64,000 nt of DNA from Bacteriovoracaceae bacterium (GTDB taxonomy: Bacteria > Bdellovibrionota > Bacteriovoracia > Bacteriovoracales > Bacteriovoracaceae), in the NCBI GenBank assembly GCA_016786485.1, contig JAEUWD010000026.1, positions 12,964 through 76,963 of the forward strand, read 5' to 3'. A program made the position numbers and the translations under genes. Positions within the stretch are counted from its first letter, which is position 1; each line of letters begins with the position of its first letter. Shown here piece by piece: positions 17,701 to 26,804 of the stretch. Below the pieces are notes generated by a model. It saw only the letters and a program-made list of their open reading frames with translations, ran no database searches and had not been told where the DNA came from.

Positions 17701-20030
17701 TGGCCACCCTCGGGGCGTTGGCACGTTCACAAAATGCGTGCGGTGCTGAATCAACAGACAGCGGAGGCAACTCACCTTTTGTAAGTGTCGAGTTTGGTGA
17801 ATTAGGTTTGAGCCAAATTACTTCACCGACACTCGTTAAAAATGCTTGTATGCGCAGAGCTGGTAGCGTTTGCCATACGAACTTCGATTGTATGCCAAAT
17901 AAAATGCATGCTCAGCAAGTTTCATTTTTTTCGGATGACTATTTTGGAAATGAAGCGGAAAAAAGATACTGGGAAGAATATCTCGTTTGTGGGCAGGCGC
18001 AACCAGCTCCTAACTCAACCGATCCTTTCTATAGTAGTTACGATATTAAGCAAAACTATTGTTGTCGCGAAGTTGGCAAAGAATTAAGCATATACTCTGA
18101 AAATATTCCAGGTGATGATGTAAGCGAAACCATGAACACTCGCAGACCTGCTTTCTTTGATCCGTCTGAACCTGAGCGCTACTCACGTTTTTCCAGTGTC
18201 ACAACGAATACGGGCCTTAGTGGTAGTACCGATTTAACAGCCGGTAGCGATAGTTTTGGAAATACAAAAATCAGTTTACTCACTCAAAATCAATGGAAAA
18301 CTCTAGGAACTGCAGCTAGCAACTCTTGTTGCGGTGGCGGTTGGGTTCGCAAATTCGCTGACGATACTATCGATTGGTCACGTACTGATCGTTTAAAAAT
18401 TCAGCCAAGTAACTTTACTTGTTTAAATTATCAATCACCGATTCTGCATGCTACGAATATGACTCCGTTTGGAACATACACAGAAGCCCCTGATACCATT
18501 GCCGCCGTGACGGATACCCGCCGTAATGGCGATTTCGGCTTTCATTGCCCTGACTCTTCGCCAGTTCAAGATAGTACAGGTGGTTGTGCGCAGTTAAATT
18601 TCACTTCTGGCGCTGGTTTCGCTTCGACTGCTCCCGTCCTCGATACGACAAACTCGATGGTAAGCGTCTATTTTGGTGATATTGATAGAACGATATTTAA
18701 CTTTATGGGTAAGTGGTATGCGCCTTATTCGCCTGTCGGAATTTTCGGAAACACTTATATTGACGGTCAAGCTTCATCAACGCCAATTCCACTTAATCGC
18801 ACCATTGCTTTTCAACTGCCATCATATATTCCAGCCGATTTTAGTGGTGGTCGTTTTCTTCTCAGAACGACGAAAAAAGATGGTAGTCAAAAAAATATTT
18901 GTAATCCTCGCTCAGAGCCTGACATGCTCGGGGCCATTTTACCAGGTATGACTTATAATCCCGCAGGTGTCGGAGCTACTGCTTGTAATACTACTGCATT
19001 AGGATGTGCTTATTGCTACTATCCTGATTCCGGAATTTTAGCAGTAACAAATTTCACAGCCGATGTCGTTGATCATAACTATATCAATATTCAGTTCTCA
19101 GCACCGGGGACTCAACACTATAATGGAATACGTCCAGCAGTGAGCCGCTCGCAAGCTCCAGGGAACTCATACTTTTATTTAAAACGTTTAGGAAAATTTG
19201 AACTCAGCGGGATACCACAAACATATTATGAACCACTTTATTGCTCGAATGATAATGATGCCATTGTGCCAGGTCTATTCGACTCAACAATAACAACTCC
19301 CGCGACTTTCGCTGCCGCTAGTTTTGCCAATTTAGGAAATTTTGGTGGAACACTTACCGCCGATGACCCTTATGACTCTCCAAGAGTCAAGACTGGAACA
19401 AGTGCAACATTACCTGTTATCGCACCGGCACAGGGTGCGACTGGAGATGTTGGGTCACTTCTGACTGCCCGCCGTAGTGATGGCTCGAGTAATCTCGCTC
19501 ATGACGAAATTTTCTCAACGACTGATTTTCAATGTTGTCTAAAATTAGGTGAACGAACATCATCCTCTTCAAGATGTTGTAGCGGACATGCGGTGGATGA
19601 TGTGATTGATGGCAAAGCGACTCAAACTTGTAAATTACCAGATGCAACGAATTTAAGTGTTTACTTTAATCGTTATGTTTCAGGGGATGGCGTTGGTACC
19701 ACGCAGCCCGGTGGCGGACTCGTCGACACAGACTTTGACATCCAAACAGGTGAACCACTACTCAATACCTCAGTTTTTAACAAACTCTTTGCCTTAGGCC
19801 GTAAATACTGTGCTTCTGGCGAAGTGCGCCGCGGTGGAGCTTTTGGTACCTATGCGGGTGAACCTAAGCCTTACGGTACCCCAGTGGGTGACGGCGTTTG
19901 GAGTATTTTAGACTCTAATAGCGATTATGATGATGGAAGTGACGGTTCTGGTGAAGAAAAAGGCTATGATGTCTTCATGAGTGGTTATCGTTGGAATCAT
20001 CACGTTTACTGCGCGGAAACTTCGCAGTAG
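14745..20030 (+). CDS. Giant Cys-rich lipoprotein, function unknown (1761 aa)
   Basis: TTG start 7 nt after GGGAG. Lipoprotein signal with lipobox 'ALLASC'. About 55 Cys by my hand count, including five CC doublets (YDCC, NYCC, NSCC, FQCC, SRCC). S/T/N/G-rich. No named domain recognised. Confidence 0.85.
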   Translation: MKFFKLSQFFIIALLASCLGEMAPRDLSSTDSSEQENDNETETALPTQANWYVGGFATTLTIDSNKNDILYLRGQTVDTFLNNGTAFTDKYCLVLNFRDLIVNGSNVNLQLRSRAVPIQIQNFALGSAEKLLRIDLNDSVVGSSQCQGTINLTSPTAATPTSFTGATAKYLVTQLCSNCLGQIASDEIYLYQSSGTNLTNRIEHTSINNIFLNLSNVVLKIDYNNNATNSTANCSLSSCQALGYDCCLEGQCVNNGSQKSGINTSSSAFVSALQEVLANPSAYTNYPEYFYICSNGSNPSTTTTGGGDPVGDAQARLEQLILDRECIQELRTYSLTDPYTLSYLVSGSYPSGSYSSCNNTDSQNIMYIQTVLERLYTNCGCHQNSFADKINFCPAYTYKVVSTDSTGTPTEIQCETPIVAGTTGPFQDLNINLSSRSVPHRFYRSDTGLAVDDITSLFGLTTVMQEGEEFFYLDGDNRSIPVNTSHSMNAILGQMSLNLDKAMPAKVVNVDLNQAYLIETRSGFYQPCTNCPKDSWLSSFTAFPSSFFGTGLRAVGYTTSPDSYSGNSSAGNFEDTHFGRACYVPPTMLPFAHRNSGTAQVQRLARLKAQAAMYVNGYQKDWFGFNRGAVIGSFDGVTWFAVGKGRIVTSTSKKLYLAINGPMGDIAQNTAHVIGVSEYRPPATAASVDYDPSLSDTHAYQNEAASCQKFHMCSNDSECITQLGWEYVCADVTAASTNVPAFTSDAVEDPTVTKVKTLNKILQQGNLPTSARKRCVYRGAGSLCRRNYASNTNAEVRKMFACAPNFHCANPNDALFNKEISRSITSLQNNPISDGNIFGMDTDVPGRPRHYITGSGLASLPSDIQTNLSANAALNWTTSNDWGLCRPGRYLTNTNSTLQFQFSEVTPLYTHKTPDVSNRTDYISQKGSCNSNLYTGWEDTSFPQYSVPLHTMSCPTFDTDKNYWYLKDANVTALQSSVGDTKLTALATLGALARSQNACGAESTDSGGNSPFVSVEFGELGLSQITSPTLVKNACMRRAGSVCHTNFDCMPNKMHAQQVSFFSDDYFGNEAEKRYWEEYLVCGQAQPAPNSTDPFYSSYDIKQNYCCREVGKELSIYSENIPGDDVSETMNTRRPAFFDPSEPERYSRFSSVTTNTGLSGSTDLTAGSDSFGNTKISLLTQNQWKTLGTAASNSCCGGGWVRKFADDTIDWSRTDRLKIQPSNFTCLNYQSPILHATNMTPFGTYTEAPDTIAAVTDTRRNGDFGFHCPDSSPVQDSTGGCAQLNFTSGAGFASTAPVLDTTNSMVSVYFGDIDRTIFNFMGKWYAPYSPVGIFGNTYIDGQASSTPIPLNRTIAFQLPSYIPADFSGGRFLLRTTKKDGSQKNICNPRSEPDMLGAILPGMTYNPAGVGATACNTTALGCAYCYYPDSGILAVTNFTADVVDHNYINIQFSAPGTQHYNGIRPAVSRSQAPGNSYFYLKRLGKFELSGIPQTYYEPLYCSNDNDAIVPGLFDSTITTPATFAAASFANLGNFGGTLTADDPYDSPRVKTGTSATLPVIAPAQGATGDVGSLLTARRSDGSSNLAHDEIFSTTDFQCCLKLGERTSSSSRCCSGHAVDDVIDGKATQTCKLPDATNLSVYFNRYVSGDGVGTTQPGGGLVDTDFDIQTGEPLLNTSVFNKLFALGRKYCASGEVRRGGAFGTYAGEPKPYGTPVGDGVWSILDSNSDYDDGSDGSGEEKGYDVFMSGYRWNHHVYCAETSQ

Positions 20031-20039
20031 AATAGTCCC

Positions 20040-20525
20040 ATGAGTAAAAAAAGAAGTATTAAATCCCCTAAAGACAGTATGATCGAAATGCGTGAAATGG
20101 TTATGCCCAATCACACCAACCCTCAAGGCACCATCTTTGGTGGCGTGGTGATGAGTTGGGTGGATATTGCGGCCGCGATGTGCGCTTCCAGACATGCGGA
20201 AAAACCAGTTGTTACCGTTCATATCGCTGATATCGATTTCAAAGCACCAATTAAAGTGGGAAATCATGTTCTGATCAAAGCTTCACTTAACTACGTGGGA
20301 AAAACTTCCATGATTGTTGGTGTGAAAGTTGAAAGTGAAAATCCTTACACTGGGAAAAGTGTAAAAACCACTAAGGCCTATTTAACTTTTGTAGCACTCG
20401 ATGAAGACGGGCAACCGACAGTCATTCCAGATCTCAAACCTGAGACACAAGATGAAATTCGTCGCTATGAAAATGCTAAAAAAAGAGTTGAAGCTAAAAA
20501 AGCGCTTAGTAAAACACTAAAATAA
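20040..20525 (+). CDS. Acyl-CoA thioesterase (hotdog fold, YciA/BFIT-like)
   Basis: 161 aa; 'MPNHTNPQGTIFGGVVMSWVDIAAAMCA' and 'VTVHIADIDFKAPIKVG' are typical of hotdog acyl-CoA thioesterases. Starts 10 nt after the giant lipoprotein gene. Confidence 0.85.
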   Translation: MSKKRSIKSPKDSMIEMREMVMPNHTNPQGTIFGGVVMSWVDIAAAMCASRHAEKPVVTVHIADIDFKAPIKVGNHVLIKASLNYVGKTSMIVGVKVESENPYTGKSVKTTKAYLTFVALDEDGQPTVIPDLKPETQDEIRRYENAKKRVEAKKALSKTLK

Positions 20526-20526
20526 A

Positions 20527-21120
20527 TTAGAATTTTAATTCTTTTAAAATATTATCAACGATACCGTATTTTTTTGATTCAGTGGCGTCCATCCAGAAAT
20601 CTCTTTCGAAATCTGTCATGACTTGTTCAAAAGTTTTGCCACAGTTTTTCGCTAAAATATGGGCTGATTTTTCTTTCGTTTTTACAATTTCACGGGCGGT
20701 AATTTCAATATCACTGGCCGGACCAAAAGCGCCACCCATACTTGGTTGGTGGATCATAACTTTACCACTAGGGAAAATCGAACGCTTACCTTTTTCACCA
20801 CCTGATAAAAGTAGTGACCCCATAGAAGCTGCCATTCCCATACAAATAGTTGCCACAGGAGAAGTGATCATTTGCATCGTATCGTAAATCACCATGCCTG
20901 AAGTGACGACGCCACCTGGACTGTTGATCATAAAAGTAATTTCTTTCCCTGGAGCAATGGCCTCAAGATAAAGGAGACGATCTGTCACATATTTCGCCGT
21001 TTCGTCGGTCACAGCTCCCCACAAGAAAATGGTTCTTTTATTTAAAAATTCATTTTGAAATTTATTTCCAATAACTAAGTTTTCTAAGATTTTCTCTTCA
21101 CCATGCATGATTGTTGTCAC
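20527..21120 (-). CDS. clpP: ATP-dependent Clp protease proteolytic subunit ClpP
   Basis: Catalytic Ser 'GMAASMGS', His 'MIHQPS' and Asp 'ERDFWM'. I prefer GTG at 21120, which has AAGGAG 6 nt upstream. The track ATG at 21174 lies inside the nrdJ terminator/promoter region. Confidence 0.9.
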   Translation of the reverse strand: MTTIMHGEEKILENLVIGNKFQNEFLNKRTIFLWGAVTDETAKYVTDRLLYLEAIAPGKEITFMINSPGGVVTSGMVIYDTMQMITSPVATICMGMAASMGSLLLSGGEKGKRSIFPSGKVMIHQPSMGGAFGPASDIEITAREIVKTKEKSAHILAKNCGKTFEQVMTDFERDFWMDATESKKYGIVDNILKELKF

Positions 21121-21174
21121 AAGGAGCTCCTTTGATTTATGTCTTATTATAGCCAGAGATCTTCGATGGGCCAC

Positions 21175-21204
21175 AATAAAAAACGCCCCTATTTAGGGGC
21201 GTTT
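21175..21204 (-). terminator. Rho-independent terminator of nrdJ
   Basis: Minus strand reads AAACGCCCCT-AAAT-AGGGGCGTTT followed by TTTATTG. 10-bp stem with a GC-rich core, 40 nt after the nrdJ stop. Confidence 0.75.
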
Positions 21205-21244
21205 GGCGTGTGTGCAGGATTAACTAATTATTTAAGTCAATTTT

Positions 21245-24200
21245 TTATGAACAACCCGTAGTAGAACCACAAGTATCACACTTTAAACAAGTACCGTTAC
21301 GAACCAGTGTAAAAGCTCGACACTCTGGACACGCGTCACCTTCGTAACCTTTCATACGTGCCATTTGGCGTTGCTTTTGTTCTTTTAACATTTTTGAATC
21401 CGCTTCTTTTGAATAAACTTTATGAACTTCAACACTGATTCTTCCATCGTCATGTTTTACCTCACGAGCTTCTTCAATAGCGTTTAAAAGTGGTTCCGCA
21501 TCTGCGTCTTCTCCATCGATAGCATCCGCTTTAAGATCAGAAGGCTTCACGTGAACCAGATCGTAACGACCTAAGTAACGGCAAGCTAAATCACGGAAGA
21601 CGTAATCGATAACCGAGGTCGACATTTTAATATTGTCGTGACCTTGAACAATCCCGTTTGGTTCAAAGCGTGTGAAAGTGAAAGCTTCCACGAACTCTTC
21701 AAGCGGTACTCCGTATTGAAGACCAAGTGAAATGGCGATTGAGAAACAGTTCATTAATGAACGGTAAGCTGCGCCTTCTTTATGCATGTCGATAAAGATT
21801 TCACCAAGTGTTCCATCTTCGTACTGACCAGTGCGTAGATAAACTTTATGTCCAGCGACTGCCGCTTTTTGAGTGTAACCAATTCGACGATTTGGAAGAG
21901 CTTTACGCTGAGAGATTTCTTTGTAGATAATTTTCTCGACAATTTTCTCGGCCACTTTTTGCACTTTTTGAGTTTGGGCCATTTCGTCATAACTTTGTTC
22001 GTTATTATCCACTAAACCTAAATCTTCAAAACTTGCAGCATTTAGCGGTTGTGATAATTTCGAACCATCACGGTAGATAGCATTAGCTTTAGTCATGAGC
22101 GACCAAGACAATTTATAAGCTTCTGAAATATCCGCGACGGTGGCTTCGTTGGCCATGTTAATGGTTTTTGAAATCGCACCAGAAATGTACGGCTGAACTG
22201 CGGCCATCATACGAATATGACCTTCAGTTGAAATTAATCGTTTACCGTATTTACCACACTTGTTAGCGCAGTCAAAAACGGCTTGATCTTTTTCCTTCAA
22301 ATATGGTGCACCTTCGAGTGTCATCGTTCCACAAACGTAATCATTTGTTTTAGAAATATCAGCATCAGTGAAACCGATTTCTTTTAAGATATTCAACATT
22401 GGATCAGCTAATTTCGCTTCAGATATTTTTAATGTTTTAGTTAAGAATTCATCACCTAAACCAAAACGGCTGAAAGCAAATGTGATATCAAAAGCTGAAG
22501 CTAAAGAACTCTCCACGATACTAATTTTTTCATCTGTGAAGCCTAGTTTTCTTAGTTTCTCGTGGTTGATAGCAGTACATCCAACAAGTGTTCCATGCCC
22601 TACCGCGTACTTTTGAATTTCTTCAATTTCGCTGGCCTTATAACCTAAGTTTTTAAGCGCCGCTGGAACTGATTGGTTAATAATTTTGAAATATCCGCCA
22701 CCAGCTAATTTCTTAAACTTAACAAGTGCGAAGTCTGGTTCAATACCAGTCGTATCACAATCCATAACAAGACCAATGGTTCCTGTTGGTGCGATAACTG
22801 TGTTCTGAGCATTTCTATAACCGTACTTCTCACCTAAAGCTAAAGCTTCATCCCACGCTTTTCGAGCAGCATCGACTAAATGAGCGTCGATAACTTTCGC
22901 GTTTAGTGGAACTGGTTTTACCGTAATCCCTTCGTACTCACTGTCTTTTACAGCGTAAGCTGCACGACGGTGGTTACGAATAACTCTTAACATATCTTCT
23001 TTATTTCTTTCGTAGCCAGCAAATGGTCCATGTTCTTTCGCCATTAAGGCCGAAGTCTTGTACGAAACACCACCCATGATAGCTGAAATCGCTGCAGCAA
23101 TGTTGCGACCTTTTTCAGAATCGTATGGAATACCAGCAATCATTAGAAGCGCACCAATGTTTGCAAAGCCTAGCCCTAGAGTTCGATATTCAAATGAACG
23201 CTTCGCAATCGATTCCGATGGGAATTGCGCCATTAAAACTGAAATCTCAAGAACCATAGTCCATAGTTCACAAGCGTGGATGAATTTTTCCACATCAAAC
23301 ATGCCAGTGACTGGATCTAAGAATTTTACTAAATTGAGTGAAGCTAAGTTACAAGCTGTATCGTCTAAGAACATGTACTCTGAACAAGGGTTCGAAGCAT
23401 TGATACGACCATCTTTCGGACAGGTATGCCACTCATTGATGGTATCGTCGAACTGAACGCCTGGATCAGCACACTGCCAAGCTGCTTCTGAAATTGCTTC
23501 CCACATATATTTAGCTTTATGCTTTCTCAGCACTTTGCCATTATTACGACCGATCAATTCCCAGTCGCCATCTTGTTCGAGGATTTCAAAAAATTTATTT
23601 GGAATACGAATTGAGTTGTTTGAGTTCTGACCACTCACTGTCGCATAAGCTTCTGAATTCCAATCTGTATCATAAACTTCAAATTCAATTTTTTCGTAAC
23701 CTTGTTTTGCAAGATCAATACAACGAGAAATATAGTTCATCGGAACTAAATTTTTGTTAGCCGCCTGGATCGCTTTCTTAAGCGCTGGATTGGTTTTCGC
23801 TGAAAAACGCTCATCACCTGAAGCACTTTTCATCGCTTCAAAAATTTCCGTCAAATGACGTTTACAAATTTTTGAACCAGTTACAATCGAAGCAACCTTA
23901 CGCTCTTCTTTAACTTTCCATAAAATGAATTCCATAATATCTGGATGGTCTAAATCCAAACAAACCATTTTGGCCGCACGACGAGTTGTACCGCCTGACT
24001 TAATCGCGCCAGCTGCACGATCACCAATTTTTAGGAATGACATTAAACCTGAAGAAACACCTCCACCTGAGAGCTTCTCACCTTCCCCACGTAAGTGAGA
24101 AAAGTTTGTTCCTGTACCTGAACCATATTTGAAAAGTCGCGCTTCACGCGTCCAAAGATCCATAATCCCGTTCGCGTTCACGAGATCGTCATCAACTGAC

Positions 24201-24754
24201 TGAATGAAACACGCATGCGGTTGGGGTCTCTCATAAGCTGAAGTTGATTTTTTCAACTCACCAGATTTTGGATCAACATAGAAGTGTCCTTGGGCCTTAC
24301 CTTTAATACCGTAAGCACTGAACATCCCAGTATTAAACCACTGTGGTGAATTTGGAGCGGCCATTTGGTTGGCGAGCATATAAGCAAGTTCAGCATTGAA
24401 TGCTTCAGCATCAGCTTTAGTATCGAAATAATTATATTTGTGTCCCCATGAAGTCCAGCACCCAGCTAAACGATCAAACACTTGGCGAGCATCAGTTTCT
24501 CCACCAAGAACTGGTTGACCTTTATCATCGAGAACGGCATTTCCACTTTCATCAAGTAGAGGCACTCCTGTTTTTCTAAAATATTTTTGGGCAATAATAT
24601 CGGCGGCCACTTGTGACCAGAATTTTGGAACTGAAACTTCCATCGTTGAAGTTTTTGACCCATCGACATTTCGAACTTCACTTGTTCGCTTTTCAAACTC
24701 CATACCTGCGTATGCTGATTTTCCCTTCCTTGTAAAAACGCGCTTAATCTTCAC
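21245..24754 (-). CDS. nrdJ: Class II (adenosylcobalamin-dependent) ribonucleotide reductase NrdJ
   Basis: 1169 aa with active-site '[11 protein letters not shown]' and a long RNR barrel. C-terminal zinc-ribbon '[28 protein letters not shown]' is typical of NrdJ. GTG start 6 nt after AAGGAG. Confidence 0.93.
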   Translation of the reverse strand: MKIKRVFTRKGKSAYAGMEFEKRTSEVRNVDGSKTSTMEVSVPKFWSQVAADIIAQKYFRKTGVPLLDESGNAVLDDKGQPVLGGETDARQVFDRLAGCWTSWGHKYNYFDTKADAEAFNAELAYMLANQMAAPNSPQWFNTGMFSAYGIKGKAQGHFYVDPKSGELKKSTSAYERPQPHACFIQSVDDDLVNANGIMDLWTREARLFKYGSGTGTNFSHLRGEGEKLSGGGVSSGLMSFLKIGDRAAGAIKSGGTTRRAAKMVCLDLDHPDIMEFILWKVKEERKVASIVTGSKICKRHLTEIFEAMKSASGDERFSAKTNPALKKAIQAANKNLVPMNYISRCIDLAKQGYEKIEFEVYDTDWNSEAYATVSGQNSNNSIRIPNKFFEILEQDGDWELIGRNNGKVLRKHKAKYMWEAISEAAWQCADPGVQFDDTINEWHTCPKDGRINASNPCSEYMFLDDTACNLASLNLVKFLDPVTGMFDVEKFIHACELWTMVLEISVLMAQFPSESIAKRSFEYRTLGLGFANIGALLMIAGIPYDSEKGRNIAAAISAIMGGVSYKTSALMAKEHGPFAGYERNKEDMLRVIRNHRRAAYAVKDSEYEGITVKPVPLNAKVIDAHLVDAARKAWDEALALGEKYGYRNAQNTVIAPTGTIGLVMDCDTTGIEPDFALVKFKKLAGGGYFKIINQSVPAALKNLGYKASEIEEIQKYAVGHGTLVGCTAINHEKLRKLGFTDEKISIVESSLASAFDITFAFSRFGLGDEFLTKTLKISEAKLADPMLNILKEIGFTDADISKTNDYVCGTMTLEGAPYLKEKDQAVFDCANKCGKYGKRLISTEGHIRMMAAVQPYISGAISKTINMANEATVADISEAYKLSWSLMTKANAIYRDGSKLSQPLNAASFEDLGLVDNNEQSYDEMAQTQKVQKVAEKIVEKIIYKEISQRKALPNRRIGYTQKAAVAGHKVYLRTGQYEDGTLGEIFIDMHKEGAAYRSLMNCFSIAISLGLQYGVPLEEFVEAFTFTRFEPNGIVQGHDNIKMSTSVIDYVFRDLACRYLGRYDLVHVKPSDLKADAIDGEDADAEPLLNAIEEAREVKHDDGRISVEVHKVYSKEADSKMLKEQKQRQMARMKGYEGDACPECRAFTLVRNGTCLKCDTCGSTTGCS

Positions 24755-24818
24755 TTTATGCTCCTTATTTTCTTAGAGTTATACTTATTATCATGATCGA
24801 CTTCTGCTTCACTCGTCA

Positions 24819-24834
24819 ACACAATATCTAGATC
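24819..24834 (-). promoter_or_regulatory. NrdR-box-like operator (proximal)
   Basis: Minus strand GATCTAGATATTGTGT, about 12/16 matches to the remembered NrdR consensus acaCwAtATaTwgtgt. Abuts a TTGACG -35-like hexamer, 65 nt upstream of the nrdJ start. Confidence 0.5.
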
Positions 24835-24860
24835 TTTTTGCTGTCATTTCATTGACACAG

Positions 24861-24876
24861 ACACAACATATTGTGC
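24861..24876 (-). promoter_or_regulatory. NrdR-box-like operator (distal)
   Basis: Minus strand GCACAATATGTTGTGT, about 14/16 matches to the NrdR consensus. Offset from the proximal box is 42 bp, roughly four helical turns. Confidence 0.55.
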
Positions 24877-25002
24877 TTAGAACAAGTTTTTGACACCACC
24901 GAAAAAGGCCCAAAGCCTTTACTAGAATGACAAAGCAATTCCCTGACTGAATTAGTAGTCTTAGATTTTATGAATTAGTTGGAGGCGAGGCCGTAACTAT
25001 TT

Positions 25003-25119
25003 TTAAGAATTATGATTCTTTAAAAGTTTTCTTTTACGAGCAAGTCTACGAAGCTTTAGCTTACTTTTACTATTTTTTTTAGCTTTTTTAGGCACTCGTG
25101 ATTTTTTTAGCTTCTTCAT
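25003..25119 (-). CDS. Candidate small, extremely basic protein (38 aa), absent from the ORF track
   Basis: My hand translation is MKKLKKSRVPKKAKKNSKSKLKLRRLARKRKLLKNHNS*. ATG at 25119 follows GGGAG by 5 nt. A weak hairpin (AAAGGC-N5-GCCTTT, 24904-24920) lies downstream. Confidence 0.4.
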   Translation of the reverse strand: MKKLKKSRVPKKAKKNSKSKLKLRRLARKRKLLKNHNS

Positions 25120-25205
25120 ATAAACTCCCTAGTGGATGCACAAAACAATTGTGTTAAAATTCTTATTAATCGAGGTAATAGAAACCTTACCGAAAAACTC
25201 AAGAA

Positions 25206-26051
25206 ATGAAAATGCTAAAAATGCGCTGGTCTCGAAAAATCTCTCTCTCTACCACTACTTTATTGATTTTCATCAATTGCTACGTCACATCAAACGCCCT
25301 TTCTCAGACGAACGATACGATTTTAGAAAGCAAAAGCATCACCCCTCTTAACTACGAATACTTTGAGCATAGTAATAAAGGCTGCAAAGAGAATTCCTGG
25401 TGTGACGAAGCGATGGGAACCCACTATAGCGAATGGAACCACTTCATTCACAAAATCAATAACGATGGCCTTAGTGAAGAAAAGAAAATTGCTTTACTGG
25501 AAGAACGACGAAAGCAAAGTGGAATTCCTATCGAGTTCTATGCTTCGGAAGATGCCATGAAAAATTATGGCCCTCTGCTGTGGGATTCACCCTGTAAAAC
25601 TCACACGGGTAAGAAAATTTATTTAGGAATTGCCTTCATGACAGAGGCAAAAAATCAAATAGCTGAAATAAAAAAAGGCCAACAAACACTAAATATCAAG
25701 CTAGGTGAACAGCTTCAGCTTGATCCGATTCATGTCTATCAAGACAAAAAAATTCAAACTTACTTTGTCCCTCGTGGAGAAGTTCCGGTTTATCTCGGAA
25801 CAGATTCAGTGACTCTGCTTCGTGAAGAAGAAGGTTGGTATTATCTTTTAGAAATTTTTCAACAAGGTGCTTGGAAAATAAAAACAAACGATAAGGAAAA
25901 AACAGAAAAAGCGGTTAAGGCCTACGAAGAAGTGAAATGCCCAGACGAAACAAAGATTGAATCAAGATATTATCATTCTTATTTTTGTAAAAAAGTTTGG
26001 AATCAAGCCACGCAGAATACGGTAACGATCAAATTTCCGTGGAGTTGTTAG
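25206..26051 (+). CDS. Secreted hypothetical protein
   Basis: 281-aa ORF with an N-terminal hydrophobic signal ('TTTLLIFINCYVTSNALSQ'). The start may be the ATG at 25221. No domain recognised. Its 3' end overlaps the convergent lipoprotein gene by 4 nt. Confidence 0.65.
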   Translation: MKMLKMRWSRKISLSTTTLLIFINCYVTSNALSQTNDTILESKSITPLNYEYFEHSNKGCKENSWCDEAMGTHYSEWNHFIHKINNDGLSEEKKIALLEERRKQSGIPIEFYASEDAMKNYGPLLWDSPCKTHTGKKIYLGIAFMTEAKNQIAEIKKGQQTLNIKLGEQLQLDPIHVYQDKKIQTYFVPRGEVPVYLGTDSVTLLREEEGWYYLLEIFQQGAWKIKTNDKEKTEKAVKAYEEVKCPDETKIESRYYHSYFCKKVWNQATQNTVTIKFPWSC

Positions 26052-26761
26052 TTTCTTAAAGTTCCAATAATGTGATAATTCTTTTTTTCAGTCGGATTAC
26101 AATAATTGATTTTGTAATACTTCAGAACTTCACCTGGATCACGACCAGCATTCACATCGAACTTCAGACCATAAAAGAGACTTACCTTATAATTTCCTGA
26201 CTGATTAAAACCCGAATCAATGTCCAAGCAAGTATAACTACCGCCATCGTCTGAACAATTTTTAACGTAATAAGCATAACGAAAGTTACTTGTCGTAATA
26301 ACTCGATCTATATTGGTGCTTGAAAGATTCAGACGTTCACAAAATTCAAACATTCGATATAAATCTTCTGAGTTACTCACCGTTGGATAGGTCACATAAT
26401 TATTCGCAAAAAAGACTAATCGATTAGCATCAGCGCTGCCATCTAGAACAAATTTATAAACACCAGATGAGTAGTTAAGTCTCACACTGGCGACTCCATC
26501 CTCGCCATTAACGGAACAACCCGTTTCTTTATGAGTCATATCAAAATCAAAAACCTCATTAATTCGATTTAAATCAGCCGCGTGTTTTGTTCTTAAATAA
26601 CCGCATAATACTCGTCCGCGATTGATCTCTGAAACAGTAAAAAAATCGGTGTTTTCTAAAATGGGTTGATTCACTCGTTCTTGCTGTAATTCAGCTTCGG
26701 TAGGAACAACCTCACAAGAAAGTAAAATGACAGGGAGTAAAAAAAGTAAAATTAATCTCAT
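26048..26761 (-). CDS. Lipoprotein, six-Cys family (paralogue of 26805-27551)
   Basis: 237 aa with lipobox 'VILLSC'. Six mature-region Cys are spaced similarly to those in the upstream ORF. Confidence 0.75.
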   Translation of the reverse strand: MRLILLFLLPVILLSCEVVPTEAELQQERVNQPILENTDFFTVSEINRGRVLCGYLRTKHAADLNRINEVFDFDMTHKETGCSVNGEDGVASVRLNYSSGVYKFVLDGSADANRLVFFANNYVTYPTVSNSEDLYRMFEFCERLNLSSTNIDRVITTSNFRYAYYVKNCSDDGGSYTCLDIDSGFNQSGNYKVSLFYGLKFDVNAGRDPGEVLKYYKINYCNPTEKKNYHIIGTLRN

Positions 26762-26804
26762 AAAAAGATGGTTTCAAAGGTCAGCGAGTTTGTAAAGTTG
26801 ATTT

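Noticed and set aside
21245-24754. Considered an intein in the unusually long (1169-aa) NrdJ.
   Set aside because: The sequence reads as continuous RNR-like protein. I saw no intein block motifs (N-terminal Cys/Ser splice junction with a terminal HN-C/S/T) and no homing-endonuclease LAGLIDADG motifs. The length can be explained by long-form NrdJ with a C-terminal zinc ribbon.
24755-25002. Looked for a cobalamin riboswitch or other structured leader upstream of the B12-dependent nrdJ.
   Set aside because: I saw no B12-box-like core and no extended conserved-looking helices. The region is better explained by NrdR-box palindromes plus a promoter.
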